Program-made: the position numbers and the translations under genes
Notes under the pieces: model-generated
What the model was told of the DNA's origin: nothing
The model's database searches: none
What the model saw: the letters and a program-made list of their open reading frames with translations, nothing else
Shown: positions 29,867 through 40,232 of the stretch, piece by piece
Position numbering within the stretch: the stretch's first letter is position 1
How the letters are laid out: the number at the start of each line of letters is the position of its first letter
Source of the DNA: Limnochordia bacterium
GTDB taxonomy: Bacteria; Bacillota; Limnochordia; Darwinibacteriales; DTU012
Assembly: GCA_007116145.1 (NCBI GenBank)
Contig: SKJB01000083.1
Location: 5,404 to 69,403, forward strand
Direction of reading: 5' to 3'
DNA length: 64,000 bases

Positions 29867-31132
29867 TTGAAGCGACCAATTCAATGTACACTCCTCATTC
29901 TGCTTTTGTGCATCAATGCTCCTACAGGGCGAGCGCAGAAACAGCTAGATGTTTTTTTTCTGCCAGAACAAGGATTTTTACGAGTAGACAGCAGCTTACT
30001 TGTAGACATCAATGGCGATTCATTCGAATTTGAGTTATTCCCAAATGCACAGATTACAGCATTATGGATTCCTAACTTAGCAAAGTATACGATTGAACGA
30101 ACACGTAGTCAGACAACTGTTCGTATAGTTTTACGTGAGCCTACTACTTCTCCAACAGTCTTAGATCTTGTTTACGAAGGATTCCTTGCTCATTCCCATC
30201 ATAGCACCGCCGGGATCCTAGACCAAAGCTCGCTTTGGTTTCCTAGCTTCTTCATACCAGTAACATCATCACCAATGCAGATTACTGTACCGAGAGGGAT
30301 TACAGCTATCTTACCAGGAATACTACAGAATCACCGAGAAACGGATTTCTCTATTTATACCTGGGAAATCGAAGGCTATCCAATACTACGATTTGGATCA
30401 GAGTTACTCCTTGAACAAAGGGACCAAATTGATACCCATATAGATACCCATATAGATCAAGAAGAAATCATAGAAGAGGAAGTCATTGAGGAAACCATTG
30501 ATGTGGATCAAGCCGAACTCATTAATACCATTGCACGGTGGGACCAAGCACTAGCTAAGCGCGATAGAGTCAAGCTAGCATCGCTGATTCATCCCGAATT
30601 TGATCAACAGGAGGCGTTCATGTCCTATTTAGTCGATCGTCCTAGTTATATCGAGACGTTTTCGACACAGCTAACAGATCTGGAGATCCGTGACATGTAT
30701 TCTTTGGTTACTGGCTACCTAACAACAAATACACCTACCATTTATCAAACAACATCGAGCTGGCAACAGCAAGGTAAAGCGTGGCTGTTACGCAACTTCA
30801 ACATGCGACCACTACCTGAGCTACCAAACGCTGAACTACTCCAAACATTAGAACACTGGTTTGCTTCATTTTATTATGCGGTAAAAAATAGCGATAGCAC
30901 CTGGCTAACTCGTCATCTGCAAGTACCACCTACGCAGATGCAACCCATAATGCAATTTCTAGAATCATTAGGGAGCGACTATGAGTGGGAGATACACTCA
31001 CTTATTCCAAGGGATCTTGAAGTAATTACGCTCATCTACCTTCCCAACCAGGTAAGACTCAAGCTTATTTATACTATGATACCCACTGAAACAACATGGG
31101 TAGTCTCTGACCTTAAGGTAATTCCACTTTGA
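29867..31132 (+). CDS. Hypothetical secreted multidomain protein
   Basis: TTG start after AAGGGGG, signal peptide, acidic linker with a 12-bp tandem duplication (30431-30454). Confidence 0.75.
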   Translation: MKRPIQCTLLILLLCINAPTGRAQKQLDVFFLPEQGFLRVDSSLLVDINGDSFEFELFPNAQITALWIPNLAKYTIERTRSQTTVRIVLREPTTSPTVLDLVYEGFLAHSHHSTAGILDQSSLWFPSFFIPVTSSPMQITVPRGITAILPGILQNHRETDFSIYTWEIEGYPILRFGSELLLEQRDQIDTHIDTHIDQEEIIEEEVIEETIDVDQAELINTIARWDQALAKRDRVKLASLIHPEFDQQEAFMSYLVDRPSYIETFSTQLTDLEIRDMYSLVTGYLTTNTPTIYQTTSSWQQQGKAWLLRNFNMRPLPELPNAELLQTLEHWFASFYYAVKNSDSTWLTRHLQVPPTQMQPIMQFLESLGSDYEWEIHSLIPRDLEVITLIYLPNQVRLKLIYTMIPTETTWVVSDLKVIPL

Positions 31133-31134
31133 TC

Positions 31135-31190
31135 CATGAACACGAATAAACCTCCCCATAGGTTACTGGGAAGGTTTATTCGTGTTCATG
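31135..31190. terminator. Long hairpin between convergent genes
   Basis: 19-bp perfect stem CATGAACACGAATAAACCT/AGGTTTATTCGTGTTCATG. Confidence 0.75.
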
Positions 31191-31202
31191 AACTGCTATA
31201 CT

Positions 31203-31904
31203 TTAAAAATGGATTCCGACACTAATATACGGACCACCCAGTTTAAATCCTTTATCCGTCTCGGGATCTAATTCTTGTGATCGATATCCTGCTTTGCCAA
31301 CAAAAAACGGTATCCGATAATCTAATCCTAAGTCCCACCCAGTCCACATAGCAGACTGATCGTTACCATGGAGAGTTTGTAAACTTGGCCCAATCTCGTA
31401 AATGGCGGAGATTCGCAAACTACGTATCAGCTCCATACCTACGCCGCCTGCATAAGTCAGTCCATGATAAATCCCACTTTCTACCTCAGTAGCACCATCT
31501 GCTTTGAACACATTTCCTGACACCCGGTACCCAACAGAACCTATAACAGAAATCCCATTAACAAGCAATGGCCAATCAACGCGAGCGCGACTTGTCATAC
31601 CACCGACAACATATAACTCCTGATCAAGTGCACCAATACTGTCTGCGTCTAAATTATCACGTAATAAATGGAATAAGTCCGCTATGCGTTGGCGATCTCC
31701 AGCGAACTCGAACTCACTCATTAAGCGGATGGGGCCAATCCCCAGTAAGGTAAACTCAGCTCTTTGCATATGCCCTAAATCTTCTGTTGCCGGTGTCTCT
31801 GGGTTTTGAAGTATCCAAATGTCTCCCGTAAGCTCTAATGCAGAAACAGAGATAGTAAAAACCAACAACATAATAATAGCCAATCCTACACTTTTTCTAC
31901 TCAT
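31203..31904 (-). CDS. Putative outer-membrane beta-barrel protein
   Basis: Signal peptide, alternating amphipathic strands, C-terminal GPYISVGIHF. Confidence 0.6.
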   Translation of the reverse strand: MSRKSVGLAIIMLLVFTISVSALELTGDIWILQNPETPATEDLGHMQRAEFTLLGIGPIRLMSEFEFAGDRQRIADLFHLLRDNLDADSIGALDQELYVVGGMTSRARVDWPLLVNGISVIGSVGYRVSGNVFKADGATEVESGIYHGLTYAGGVGMELIRSLRISAIYEIGPSLQTLHGNDQSAMWTGWDLGLDYRIPFFVGKAGYRSQELDPETDKGFKLGGPYISVGIHF

Positions 31905-31949
31905 GCGTGAACGCCTCCCCTAACAGAATTAATAACTACATAGTACTTA

Positions 31950-31977
31950 ATTCGCAATCACAAGTCCTTTCTCCTTC
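31950..31977 (-). promoter_or_regulatory. Sigma-H-type promoter
   Basis: Minus strand GAAGGA-18 nt-GAAT. Confidence 0.5.
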
Positions 31978-32071
31978 CGACAACTGTAAAATCGATGCAT
32001 ACGGATACTTACAATAATTGACACTGCTAACAACAGAAAAACCCAGCTGTCTTCAATCATAGCATGATAGT

Positions 32072-32965
32072 TCATCTCTCTTGTAATAGAGCGAGCATAT
32101 CAGCAGGCAGAGTTGCTCGTACTACTACCTCTTGTCCCTGGCGCGGATGTAAAAATCGTAAACTCCAGGCATGCAATGCTTGACGACCAATCAGCGAGCT
32201 TGGCGTATGATACATCTGATCACCAATAACCGGAAACCCCAGCCATGATAAATGTACCCGAATTTGATGGGTGCGTCCTGTGGCTAGACGGAGTTGGACT
32301 AATGATAGGTCTTTGTATTCCTTAATCACTCGATAATAAGTGGTGGCTTCTTTTCCGCCTGCTACCACTCCACGCCGCAAACCATGACCTTCTCCACTAT
32401 CTAGTCGGGCGATTGGTTGTGTTATCACTCCTGATTTATCGGGTAATATCCCCTGTACAATTGCTAAGTAAGTGCGTTCTAAATGTGTAGTACGTAGTTG
32501 CTCACCGAGACTACGATAAGCGTATGGTTCTTTCGCTACTAATAGTACACCAGAAGTTTCTCGATCGAGTCGGTGCACCAATCGAATTTTGCGTTCCATT
32601 CCCTTCTCTTGCCACAGGTAAGCCAATCCGTTAGCTAACGTTCCATCAGGATAAGACCGTGTGGGATAGACAGCGAGGTCTGGTGGCTTATTAACCACTA
32701 ATAACGAATCATCTTCGTAGACAATAGTAAGTGGAATCTGTTGGGGCACCACACTTGTAGCTGCATCGGCAAACTGAATCCGTATTCGATCACAAGCGAC
32801 GACTCGTTGGGTAATAAAAGCAGGTTCACCGTTTAGAAACACACCTCCACCTTGCTTCATGCGTCGCAAAAGACCGCGACTGAGCGCTAAGCGCCCATAA
32901 ATTATATCTTTAATCATCAGTCCAGACTCTGAAGATAATACCTCCACATCTAATCCTGTTTCCAT
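32072..32965 (-). CDS. RluA-family pseudouridine synthase
   Basis: VNKP, HRLDRETSG, TGRTHQIRVH, QALHA. Confidence 0.93.
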   Translation of the reverse strand: METGLDVEVLSSESGLMIKDIIYGRLALSRGLLRRMKQGGGVFLNGEPAFITQRVVACDRIRIQFADAATSVVPQQIPLTIVYEDDSLLVVNKPPDLAVYPTRSYPDGTLANGLAYLWQEKGMERKIRLVHRLDRETSGVLLVAKEPYAYRSLGEQLRTTHLERTYLAIVQGILPDKSGVITQPIARLDSGEGHGLRRGVVAGGKEATTYYRVIKEYKDLSLVQLRLATGRTHQIRVHLSWLGFPVIGDQMYHTPSSLIGRQALHAWSLRFLHPRQGQEVVVRATLPADMLALLQER

Positions 32966-32977
32966 ACAATCATCCTT

Positions 32978-33844
32978 TTAATTTCCGCCATGTGAACGTT
33001 GGGTAGAATGTCTTGTTACCCAAATACTGGTCTTGAGCTTAGATACAAACATCCCGATTGCAAACTCTAACGTAGCAACTAGTACCACAGTAGCACCTGG
33101 AGGGGCTCCTACATGATACGATATAAGTAAACCAAACCAAGTAGCCAGCAGGCCAAAAACACCTGCTAGCATCATCATATGTGACAACCGTTTTGTGAAT
33201 AAAGAAGCTGTTGCAGCTGGAGTAATCAGTAGAGCCATCACTAAAATAACACCCACAGCCTGCAGTGAGACCACAACCGATATGCCAACCATAATCATTA
33301 GTAGCATTTGTAACCCAACAACTGGTAAGCCTGCGGCTTCAGCCCCCACAGGATCAAAAGAAACAAAGACAAGTTGCTGAAAAGCTAGAATCATTAAGGC
33401 ACCAATAACAATAACAGCACCAGCGATCCAGTACAACTCCAACAGACGAATTCCTAACACGGATCCTAACAATAGGGCTGACAAATCACCCGCAAAATTC
33501 GGCATAGTCGTCATGAGTATCACACCAAATGCAAATGCTCCAGTGAATAAAATGGCCAAAGCTGTATCATTTCTTATTTTAGCACTCCTGTTTAAGAATG
33601 TCACTCCCACGGCTGTAATCAACGCAAAAATCATCGATCCGATATACAAGTTGATCCCTAATAACAAAGCTACTGCAATCCCGCTAAACGAAGTGTGTGC
33701 AATAGCATCTCCAATAAAGGCGAGCCCTTTTAACACAATAAATGTCCCTATAACCGCTGAGAGCACAGCGACTAGAGAGGTACCTACTAAAGCTCGCGTC
33801 ATAAACATATATTGAAAAGGCTCAAATAACCACTCAACGATCAT
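32978..33844 (-). CDS. Mn/Zn ABC transporter permease
   Basis: GDAIAH, SFDP, VGVILVMALLITPAATA; start moved to ATG 33844. Confidence 0.92.
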   Translation of the reverse strand: MIVEWLFEPFQYMFMTRALVGTSLVAVLSAVIGTFIVLKGLAFIGDAIAHTSFSGIAVALLLGINLYIGSMIFALITAVGVTFLNRSAKIRNDTALAILFTGAFAFGVILMTTMPNFAGDLSALLLGSVLGIRLLELYWIAGAVIVIGALMILAFQQLVFVSFDPVGAEAAGLPVVGLQMLLMIMVGISVVVSLQAVGVILVMALLITPAATASLFTKRLSHMMMLAGVFGLLATWFGLLISYHVGAPPGATVVLVATLEFAIGMFVSKLKTSIWVTRHSTQRSHGGN

Positions 33845-34607
33845 GAAAAGACACCTCACCTGTTGGTTTCATTATGGGGAAATGCCTAGCGAATAATTTT
33901 GTGAGAATATCGGCATCTAAGACTTTTGAAGGAACACCTGACACCACAACATGTCCATTCAAACCTAGTACACTATCGAAGTGCTCCGCCAAGCAGTTTA
34001 GATCATGGGTAGTAATTACAATGGTATGCCCCTGACTCTTAAGACTCCAGAACAAATCCAACAGGTCATGTTGAGCAGCAGCATCTAACCCTGTAGCTGG
34101 TTCATCCATAACTATTAGTCTCGCCTGTTGCGCAAGTGCTCTTGCGATAAATACTCTTTGCCTTTGTCCTCCCGACAATTCCCCGACTGGCTGGTTGGCA
34201 ACATGGGACATTCCTACCTGCTCAAGGCAGGAACGGGCAAATAATCCATCATCTTTAGAGGTTTTCTGAAACCATTTTAAGTGGACCAACCTCCCTTGAA
34301 GAACCACTTCCAGACTGGTTATCGGGAACAACCAGTCCACCTCTTCCGCTTGGGGTAAATAGGCAATTTTACGCCTCGCCCAAATAGGACTCTTACCAAA
34401 TAATGTCACCTCACCTCGATTAGGGTGTACCATACCTAATAAGGTCTTTAATAAGGTAGATTTGCCTCCGCCGTTTGGTCCGATGACCGCAGCAAGTGTA
34501 CATTGGTTTACAATCCACGAAACCTTATCCAAAACTACTTTTGATCCGTAAGCTACTGTGAGCGAATCTACATTAATCGCCGAATTCATCTGTTGATCGT
34601 CGTTCAT
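33834..34607 (-). CDS. Mn/Zn ABC transporter ATP-binding protein
   Basis: GPNGGGKST, LSGGQRQR, MDEP, THDL. Confidence 0.93.
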   Translation of the reverse strand: MNDDQQMNSAINVDSLTVAYGSKVVLDKVSWIVNQCTLAAVIGPNGGGKSTLLKTLLGMVHPNRGEVTLFGKSPIWARRKIAYLPQAEEVDWLFPITSLEVVLQGRLVHLKWFQKTSKDDGLFARSCLEQVGMSHVANQPVGELSGGQRQRVFIARALAQQARLIVMDEPATGLDAAAQHDLLDLFWSLKSQGHTIVITTHDLNCLAEHFDSVLGLNGHVVVSGVPSKVLDADILTKLFARHFPIMKPTGEVSFHDR

Positions 34608-35500
34608 TGTAGTGCCTCTACCAATACACGTCCGTTGTGGCGCATCATTGCGATATACGAAGGCACAGCTTCCGATAAGCTATCACTGTACAATGTATAT
34701 ACCTTACCATCGACCTCTTGAGCCACAGCCTGGGCATAGCGGCTACCTCCACTTATCTGAGGCTCTGTAAAGATTACCTTTCGAGGCAATGCTGCTAATA
34801 ACCTGACCAACTGCGCCATATCCCTTGAACTCGGTTCTCGATCAGGATTAACGACTAAAAATCCAACAACATCAAATCCGTACTGATCCGCTAAATAACG
34901 AAAGCCATCGTGATAGGTTATAATCTGCCGATTGTCCTTAGGTATTAGTTCTACTTGTTGAAATAACCAAGCATCTAACTCCATTAATTTATCGAGGTAA
35001 CGCTGGGCATTTTCATCATAATACTGGGCGTTTTTAGGATCTAATTCCTTAAGTGACTGTTGAATCTTTTTTACATAATCCATCGCATACCGAACACTTA
35101 ACCAGAAATGCGGATCGCCTTCATCATGGGCGTGGTTAGTAAATGTTGGTCCTGGCAGTGGTGTTAACCCCGCAGACAGAACAACTATTGGCAAATCGGG
35201 TCGAGCTGCATTACTAATTAAGCGGTCCACCCATAATTCTAGTCCAAGACCATTGTAAAAAAGTACATCAGCACTCGCAATACTGCGAGCTTCCCGCGGA
35301 GTTGGCTCCCAGCTGTGAGGATCACCACCGAGAGGAATAATTGAGGTTACAGAAACCTTATCCCCCCCCACTTGTTGGATAAAGTCTGCTAATACCGAAA
35401 ACGTGGCCACTGCTCTTAAATTAGCGCTAGCATTTCCTCCCCATACTGCGAATACCAGCAGTACGCTAACAAGACATCCTAGCATCTTAAAGTTTCTCAT
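34604..35500 (-). CDS. Mn/Zn ABC transporter substrate-binding protein (ZnuA/TroA family)
   Basis: DPHSWEP, NGLGLE, DPHFWL, YHDGF. Confidence 0.93.
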   Translation of the reverse strand: MRNFKMLGCLVSVLLVFAVWGGNASANLRAVATFSVLADFIQQVGGDKVSVTSIIPLGGDPHSWEPTPREARSIASADVLFYNGLGLELWVDRLISNAARPDLPIVVLSAGLTPLPGPTFTNHAHDEGDPHFWLSVRYAMDYVKKIQQSLKELDPKNAQYYDENAQRYLDKLMELDAWLFQQVELIPKDNRQIITYHDGFRYLADQYGFDVVGFLVVNPDREPSSRDMAQLVRLLAALPRKVIFTEPQISGGSRYAQAVAQEVDGKVYTLYSDSLSEAVPSYIAMMRHNGRVLVEALQ

Positions 35501-35569
35501 GTGTATCCTCCTCGTACTTTATCATCTTTTTTCTTCCTTGCTAGCATTAAAATTCTATCACAGAACTTA

Positions 35570-35584
35570 TGATACTTAGTATCA
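35570..35584. promoter_or_regulatory. Fur-family 7-1-7 operator
   Basis: TGATACT-T-AGTATCA upstream of the metal ABC operon, next to a Fur-family gene. Confidence 0.6.
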
Positions 35585-35626
35585 GTTGTTCACATAAAAA
35601 GCAAAAAATATGCATTCGGTCAGAAA

Positions 35627-36076
35627 TTACTTATCACAACCTCGACAAACACCATATAGATCTAGATGATGCCCTTGAATACGATACCCTGAACGCTTAG
35701 CTATCTCGTTTACATTCGTTTTCATCGGACATTCATCTAAATAACTTATTTCGCCACAGTGACGACAGATGATTCGATCATGGTGGTGATCCTCAGTGTG
35801 ACAATGACTGGCGTTTATTGTAGCGGCTGATAATTGATAATGCTGGCATCCTTCCTCTAAATGTACCCGGACCAAAACATCCAATTCCTGTAATAGCTTA
35901 AGCGTGCGAAAGACTGTAGCACGACCGATGCCTTGTTCTTTCAATTGCGCATACATTTCTTCAGCAGTAAAGGGATATAGCGATTTGCACACCATATCGA
36001 CTACATTTTGCCGAGCTATTGTTAAACGAAAGCCTTTTTGCTTTATAATTTCAGTTAAATGCAATGCATCCACCAT
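35627..36076 (-). CDS. Fur-family metalloregulator
   Basis: RLT..R, GRATVFRTL, HHHD, CxxC...CxxC. Confidence 0.9.
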   Translation of the reverse strand: MVDALHLTEIIKQKGFRLTIARQNVVDMVCKSLYPFTAEEMYAQLKEQGIGRATVFRTLKLLQELDVLVRVHLEEGCQHYQLSAATINASHCHTEDHHHDRIICRHCGEISYLDECPMKTNVNEIAKRSGYRIQGHHLDLYGVCRGCDK

Positions 36077-36224
36077 CAGCGATACTCCTTTTTGTCAAAC
36101 CAGGTATGATCTAACTATAGCACTTTTTGACAAATTCGGCAACAAAGTAAATAGCTCCCAAAAGGGAGCTTTCTTGGCTAAAAACATCAGAATGGCAATC
36201 CTAAAGCTCTAGATGCGTCCGTCT

Positions 36225-37577
36225 CTAAGACTTTAAGCGTTTTTCTAACTCTAATTTCTGCTCTTCAAACCCTGCCTTACCTAGCAGGGCAAACATGTTC
36301 ACTTTATACGCTTCAACCCCTGGTTGATCAAAGGGATTGACACCTAGTAAATACCCACTTATAGCGCATGCCTTCTCAAAGAAATACGTTAATGCACCAA
36401 AATAATAAGGGCTGATTTCAGGAATACCAAGTACTAAATTGGGAACACCTCCATCAGTGTGGGCTAAAAGTGTCCCTTTAAATGCTTGTTGATTGACAAA
36501 ACTCATGGTTTTTCCAGCTACAAAGTTTAGTCCATCAATGTTTTCGGGATCAGCTGCAATTGTAAAATCATGTTTTGGTTTATCCACAACGAGAACAGTC
36601 TCAAATATGTTTCGCAATCCTTCTTGAATATACTGACCTAATGAATGTAGATCGGTCGTAAAGTCAACCGAAGCTGGGAAAATCCCCTTTTGATCTTTCC
36701 CTTCACTTTCACCAAATAGTTGCTTCCACCATTCAGCAAAGAAGTGAAGATTAGGATCATAATTTGCCATTATTTCAGTTGTTTTACCCTTACGATATAG
36801 AATATTACGAACAGCTGCATATTGATACGCTGCATTTTGGGAAAGATCGGGACTGCTATACCATTCTCGTGCATCTGCAGCACCACACATCATAGCTTCG
36901 ATATCTACACCACTAACGGCAATCGGTAACAACCCTACCGCTGTTAGAACCGAAAAACGGCCTCCAACATTATCCGGAATAACAAAACTTTCATACCCAT
37001 TTGCATCAGCTAATTGCTTGAGTGCTCCACGCGACTGATCTGTGGTGGCATAAATCCTCTTACTTGCTTGTGCTACACCATATTTCTTTTCAAGGTAATC
37101 CCGAAAAATTCGAAATGCCAACGCTGGTTCCGTTGTGGTCCCTGATTTGGAAATAACATTGACCGAAACATCCTTACCTTCAAGTACTTCAAGCAGTTCC
37201 TGAATATAGGTTCCACTTACATTCTGCCCGACAAAAAACACCTGGGGTGTCTTTCTTTGGGATTTTTCGAGTAAATTCTGAAACGAATGAGTCAACATCT
37301 CAATTGCTGCTCGAGCACCTAAGTACGATCCCCCAATCCCAATTACAATGAGAACATCAGAATCTGACTGAATTCTACTGGCAGCTTGTTGTATGCGAGA
37401 AAATTCTATTTGATCATAGTTAATCGGCAAATCCAACCAACCAAGAAAATCATGGCCAGCTCCTGTTTTTTCATGCAGTTTGTAATGTGCAAGTTTAACT
37501 TCCTCGCTGAGATATTGCACCTCATGTTCTTTAAAAAAACTAAGAGCATTACTGTAGTCAAAATTCAATGGATTCAT
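36225..37577 (-). CDS. pgi: Glucose-6-phosphate isomerase
   Basis: [42 protein letters not shown]. Confidence 0.97.
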   Translation of the reverse strand: MNPLNFDYSNALSFFKEHEVQYLSEEVKLAHYKLHEKTGAGHDFLGWLDLPINYDQIEFSRIQQAASRIQSDSDVLIVIGIGGSYLGARAAIEMLTHSFQNLLEKSQRKTPQVFFVGQNVSGTYIQELLEVLEGKDVSVNVISKSGTTTEPALAFRIFRDYLEKKYGVAQASKRIYATTDQSRGALKQLADANGYESFVIPDNVGGRFSVLTAVGLLPIAVSGVDIEAMMCGAADAREWYSSPDLSQNAAYQYAAVRNILYRKGKTTEIMANYDPNLHFFAEWWKQLFGESEGKDQKGIFPASVDFTTDLHSLGQYIQEGLRNIFETVLVVDKPKHDFTIAADPENIDGLNFVAGKTMSFVNQQAFKGTLLAHTDGGVPNLVLGIPEISPYYFGALTYFFEKACAISGYLLGVNPFDQPGVEAYKVNMFALLGKAGFEEQKLELEKRLKS

Positions 37578-37730
37578 CGATTATGGCTCCTTTATAATAG
37601 AGATATATAACTAGTACGCCAATTGTTTCTAATACCCTGCCTGTATATCCAAAATTTGACTAATTTCCTTAGTAATCGCAAACGTTTTGTGATACACTTA
37701 TCTTGTCCAAATTAAACGAGGTGATATGCT

Positions 37731-38441
37731 TTGATTATCGGAATAGTTGGTGCTATGGAAGCTGAAGTTAATGGCTTGCTCCAAATGCTTGAACACAAGA
37801 GCCACAGTATAAAAGCTAGTTTAACCTTCTATCAAGGTATGCTAGCTGGCAAATCTGTGATTGTTGTCCGTTGTGGAATAGGCAAGGTAAATGCCGCGAT
37901 CTGTACGCAAATACTGATCGACCACTTCCACGTAACAGCCATAATTAACACTGGTGTCGCAGGTGGTATAAGTGGTAGTGTCGAGATTGGCGATATCGTT
38001 ATCAGTAGTGCCGCACTCTATCATGATTTTGATACGACTATTTTTGGTTATCCTTTAGGGCAGATTCCGCAGATGGAAAAGAGTTGTTTTGCTGCCGATC
38101 TTATCCTAGGAGAGTGTGCACTTACTGCATCGAGGACTATAGTGGGAGCGAAAAGAACACACTTCGGAGTCGTCGTAAGTGGAGATCAGTTCATTTCATC
38201 CCTTGAGCGAAAGGCACAAATAGCAACGGTATTTCAAGCTACCTGTGCAGAAATGGAAGGAGCAGCGATTGCTCATACTGCCTGCTTAAATACCCTACCT
38301 TATGTGATTATTCGCACCATATCTGATAAAGCTGATAACAGTGCACCTGATAACTTTGATGCATTTACTGAGAAAATCATCCCAAGCCTAAATCAGATAG
38401 TCCACGCTACTGTAGATGCTTACTCGGTCTGTTCTAGTTGA
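37731..38441 (+). CDS. mtnN: MTA/SAH nucleosidase
   Basis: IVGAM..E, GIGKVNAA, SGDQF, EMEGAA, RTISDKA. Confidence 0.93.
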   Translation: MIIGIVGAMEAEVNGLLQMLEHKSHSIKASLTFYQGMLAGKSVIVVRCGIGKVNAAICTQILIDHFHVTAIINTGVAGGISGSVEIGDIVISSAALYHDFDTTIFGYPLGQIPQMEKSCFAADLILGECALTASRTIVGAKRTHFGVVVSGDQFISSLERKAQIATVFQATCAEMEGAAIAHTACLNTLPYVIIRTISDKADNSAPDNFDAFTEKIIPSLNQIVHATVDAYSVCSS

Positions 38442-39154
38442 TAAAGTGACCAATACTTAAGTATGCCAGTAGCTAAGGCTTCAGCTATGGACTGGCGAAA
38501 TTGTGGATCTGTAAGCTTTTGCAGATCCGTCTCGTTGGTTAAAAAGCCAACCTCGATCATAATCACTGGAGGCTTTGCTTTTAACACCATTAAGTTGCTG
38601 CGCGGAACGATAAATGTGTGATTCATGGTTTGCACGCGCTCAAGCTCATCAAAAACAGTTTGGGCATACTGCCTATCAATGTAGGCGTTACGCATATAGA
38701 AAACGATTGCACCTTTTTGTTCTGTATCCTTTGCCGTATTTATATGCACACTCATACCTAACTTACCACTATGAAGGATTTTATAGCGGCCTAAAAGATC
38801 CCTTTGATGGCGTGTTTTTCCTTGATCGGCTAGGTGGGTCACATCAGTATCGCTGTCGCGAGTTAGACCAACCTTTAACCCAGCATTCTCTAAGATGTCG
38901 CGCAGGCGCAAAACAATATCGAGTGTGATATCCTTTTCATAAACGGCATCAGCCCCAACTCCACCAGAGTCAACTCCACCGTGTCCTGCGTCTAAAACAA
39001 TATCATACTCTGCAGTAGTTGTAACAATTGCAGCTGTCATCACCGCTAGATGATAAGTATTTGGAAGACTAAGACCAAATAGAGCGAGTGCTAAAAGGGT
39101 AAAGGCTAATAAGTATCTCTTTGTGATGGTGACATAGATGAATTTCCGAGGCAT
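38420..39154 (-). CDS. N-acetylmuramoyl-L-alanine amidase (Amidase_3, CwlD-like)
   Basis: LDAGHGGVD, EKDI, LTRD, SVHIN, IEVGFLTN; N-terminal TM. Confidence 0.85.
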   Translation of the reverse strand: MPRKFIYVTITKRYLLAFTLLALALFGLSLPNTYHLAVMTAAIVTTTAEYDIVLDAGHGGVDSGGVGADAVYEKDITLDIVLRLRDILENAGLKVGLTRDSDTDVTHLADQGKTRHQRDLLGRYKILHSGKLGMSVHINTAKDTEQKGAIVFYMRNAYIDRQYAQTVFDELERVQTMNHTFIVPRSNLMVLKAKPPVIMIEVGFLTNETDLQKLTDPQFRQSIAEALATGILKYWSLYQLEQTE

Positions 39155-39239
39155 TAAGCACCTCTCCCTTCTGTTCCGTTATCTCTATGTATATGTCTTA
39201 GTAGCTTGACACATTCGCTAAATTAAGGGAGGGCTTATA

Positions 39240-40211
39240 ATGAAATCAATTGGCGAAGCACAACAACGATTGCCCAAAGAGTATGTAGAGAAATTATACC
39301 AATATTTTACAAGTTCAGTTGCAGATAGAATTCTCCAAGGATGCACCAATGATCGCAGCCCATCCCTACGGGTGAATACACTGAAAGCAGACTCGCGCAC
39401 AATTATGCAACAATTACAACAACAGGGAATCAAATATAATCGGGTATTATGGTATTCCGATGGTCTTGTAATTACAAATGCGAAAGAACGGCGTATTGAG
39501 CAACTAGATTGTTATCATAAGGGAGAAATCTATTTACAAAGCCTATCTAGCATGATTCCTCCTCTCCTGCTTCGACCACAAACCAATGAAAAAGTAGCAG
39601 ACTTGACAGCCGCTCCTGGTAGCAAAAGTACACAGCTTGCCTGCTTAATGCAAAATCGCGGATACATTTTAGCTTCCGAAATTGACAAGATTCGAGTGCA
39701 GAAACTTCAATATAACATAGAAAAACAAGGTGCGTCTATTGTTGAAGTAATTTGTACGAACGGCGTCCAGGTTGGACAACAATTACCGGAATACTTTAAT
39801 CGAATACTACTTGATGCTCCGTGTAGCGGAGAGGGTCTCTTTCTGATCACGCAACCGCAAACATACCGTAGCTGGCGGGCTAAATTAGTCAGGCGCTGCA
39901 TAAACACGCAACGTCGCTTATTTAAAAGTGCTTTTAGCGCTTTAAAACCAGGCGGAATTTTGGTGTATTCAACTTGTACCTTAAATCCAGAAGAAAATGA
40001 AGAAATTGTGCAAGAAGCTCTAGACTATTATGGTGAGCAACTAAAAATACTAGAACCCGCGCTAAAGATACCTCAAGCAATGCCAGGCCTTACTGAGGTT
40101 AGAGGCAAAAAAATGCATCGTGATTTAACCCATGCTATACGTGTGGTACCGAACAGTTTATATGAGGGTTTTTTCTGTTGTGTATTACAAAAGAGGAGAG
40201 GGAGCGTATAA
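39240..40211 (+). CDS. RsmB/NOP-family RNA m5C methyltransferase
   Basis: LRVNTLK, DLTAAPGSK, DAPCSG, VYSTCT. Confidence 0.92.
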   Translation: MKSIGEAQQRLPKEYVEKLYQYFTSSVADRILQGCTNDRSPSLRVNTLKADSRTIMQQLQQQGIKYNRVLWYSDGLVITNAKERRIEQLDCYHKGEIYLQSLSSMIPPLLLRPQTNEKVADLTAAPGSKSTQLACLMQNRGYILASEIDKIRVQKLQYNIEKQGASIVEVICTNGVQVGQQLPEYFNRILLDAPCSGEGLFLITQPQTYRSWRAKLVRRCINTQRRLFKSAFSALKPGGILVYSTCTLNPEENEEIVQEALDYYGEQLKILEPALKIPQAMPGLTEVRGKKMHRDLTHAIRVVPNSLYEGFFCCVLQKRRGSV

Positions 40212-40231
40212 TAACGCATCCTCTCCTCTTT
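40190..40231. terminator. Hairpin between convergent genes
   Basis: AAAGAGGAGAGG...CCTCTCCTCTTT. Confidence 0.7.
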
Positions 40232-40232
40232 A

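Noticed and set aside
31135-31190. Long hairpins (also 50348-50389) as MITE/REP elements or CRISPR repeats
   Set aside because: Each is single-copy, they are unrelated in sequence, and both lie between convergent genes, consistent with terminators.
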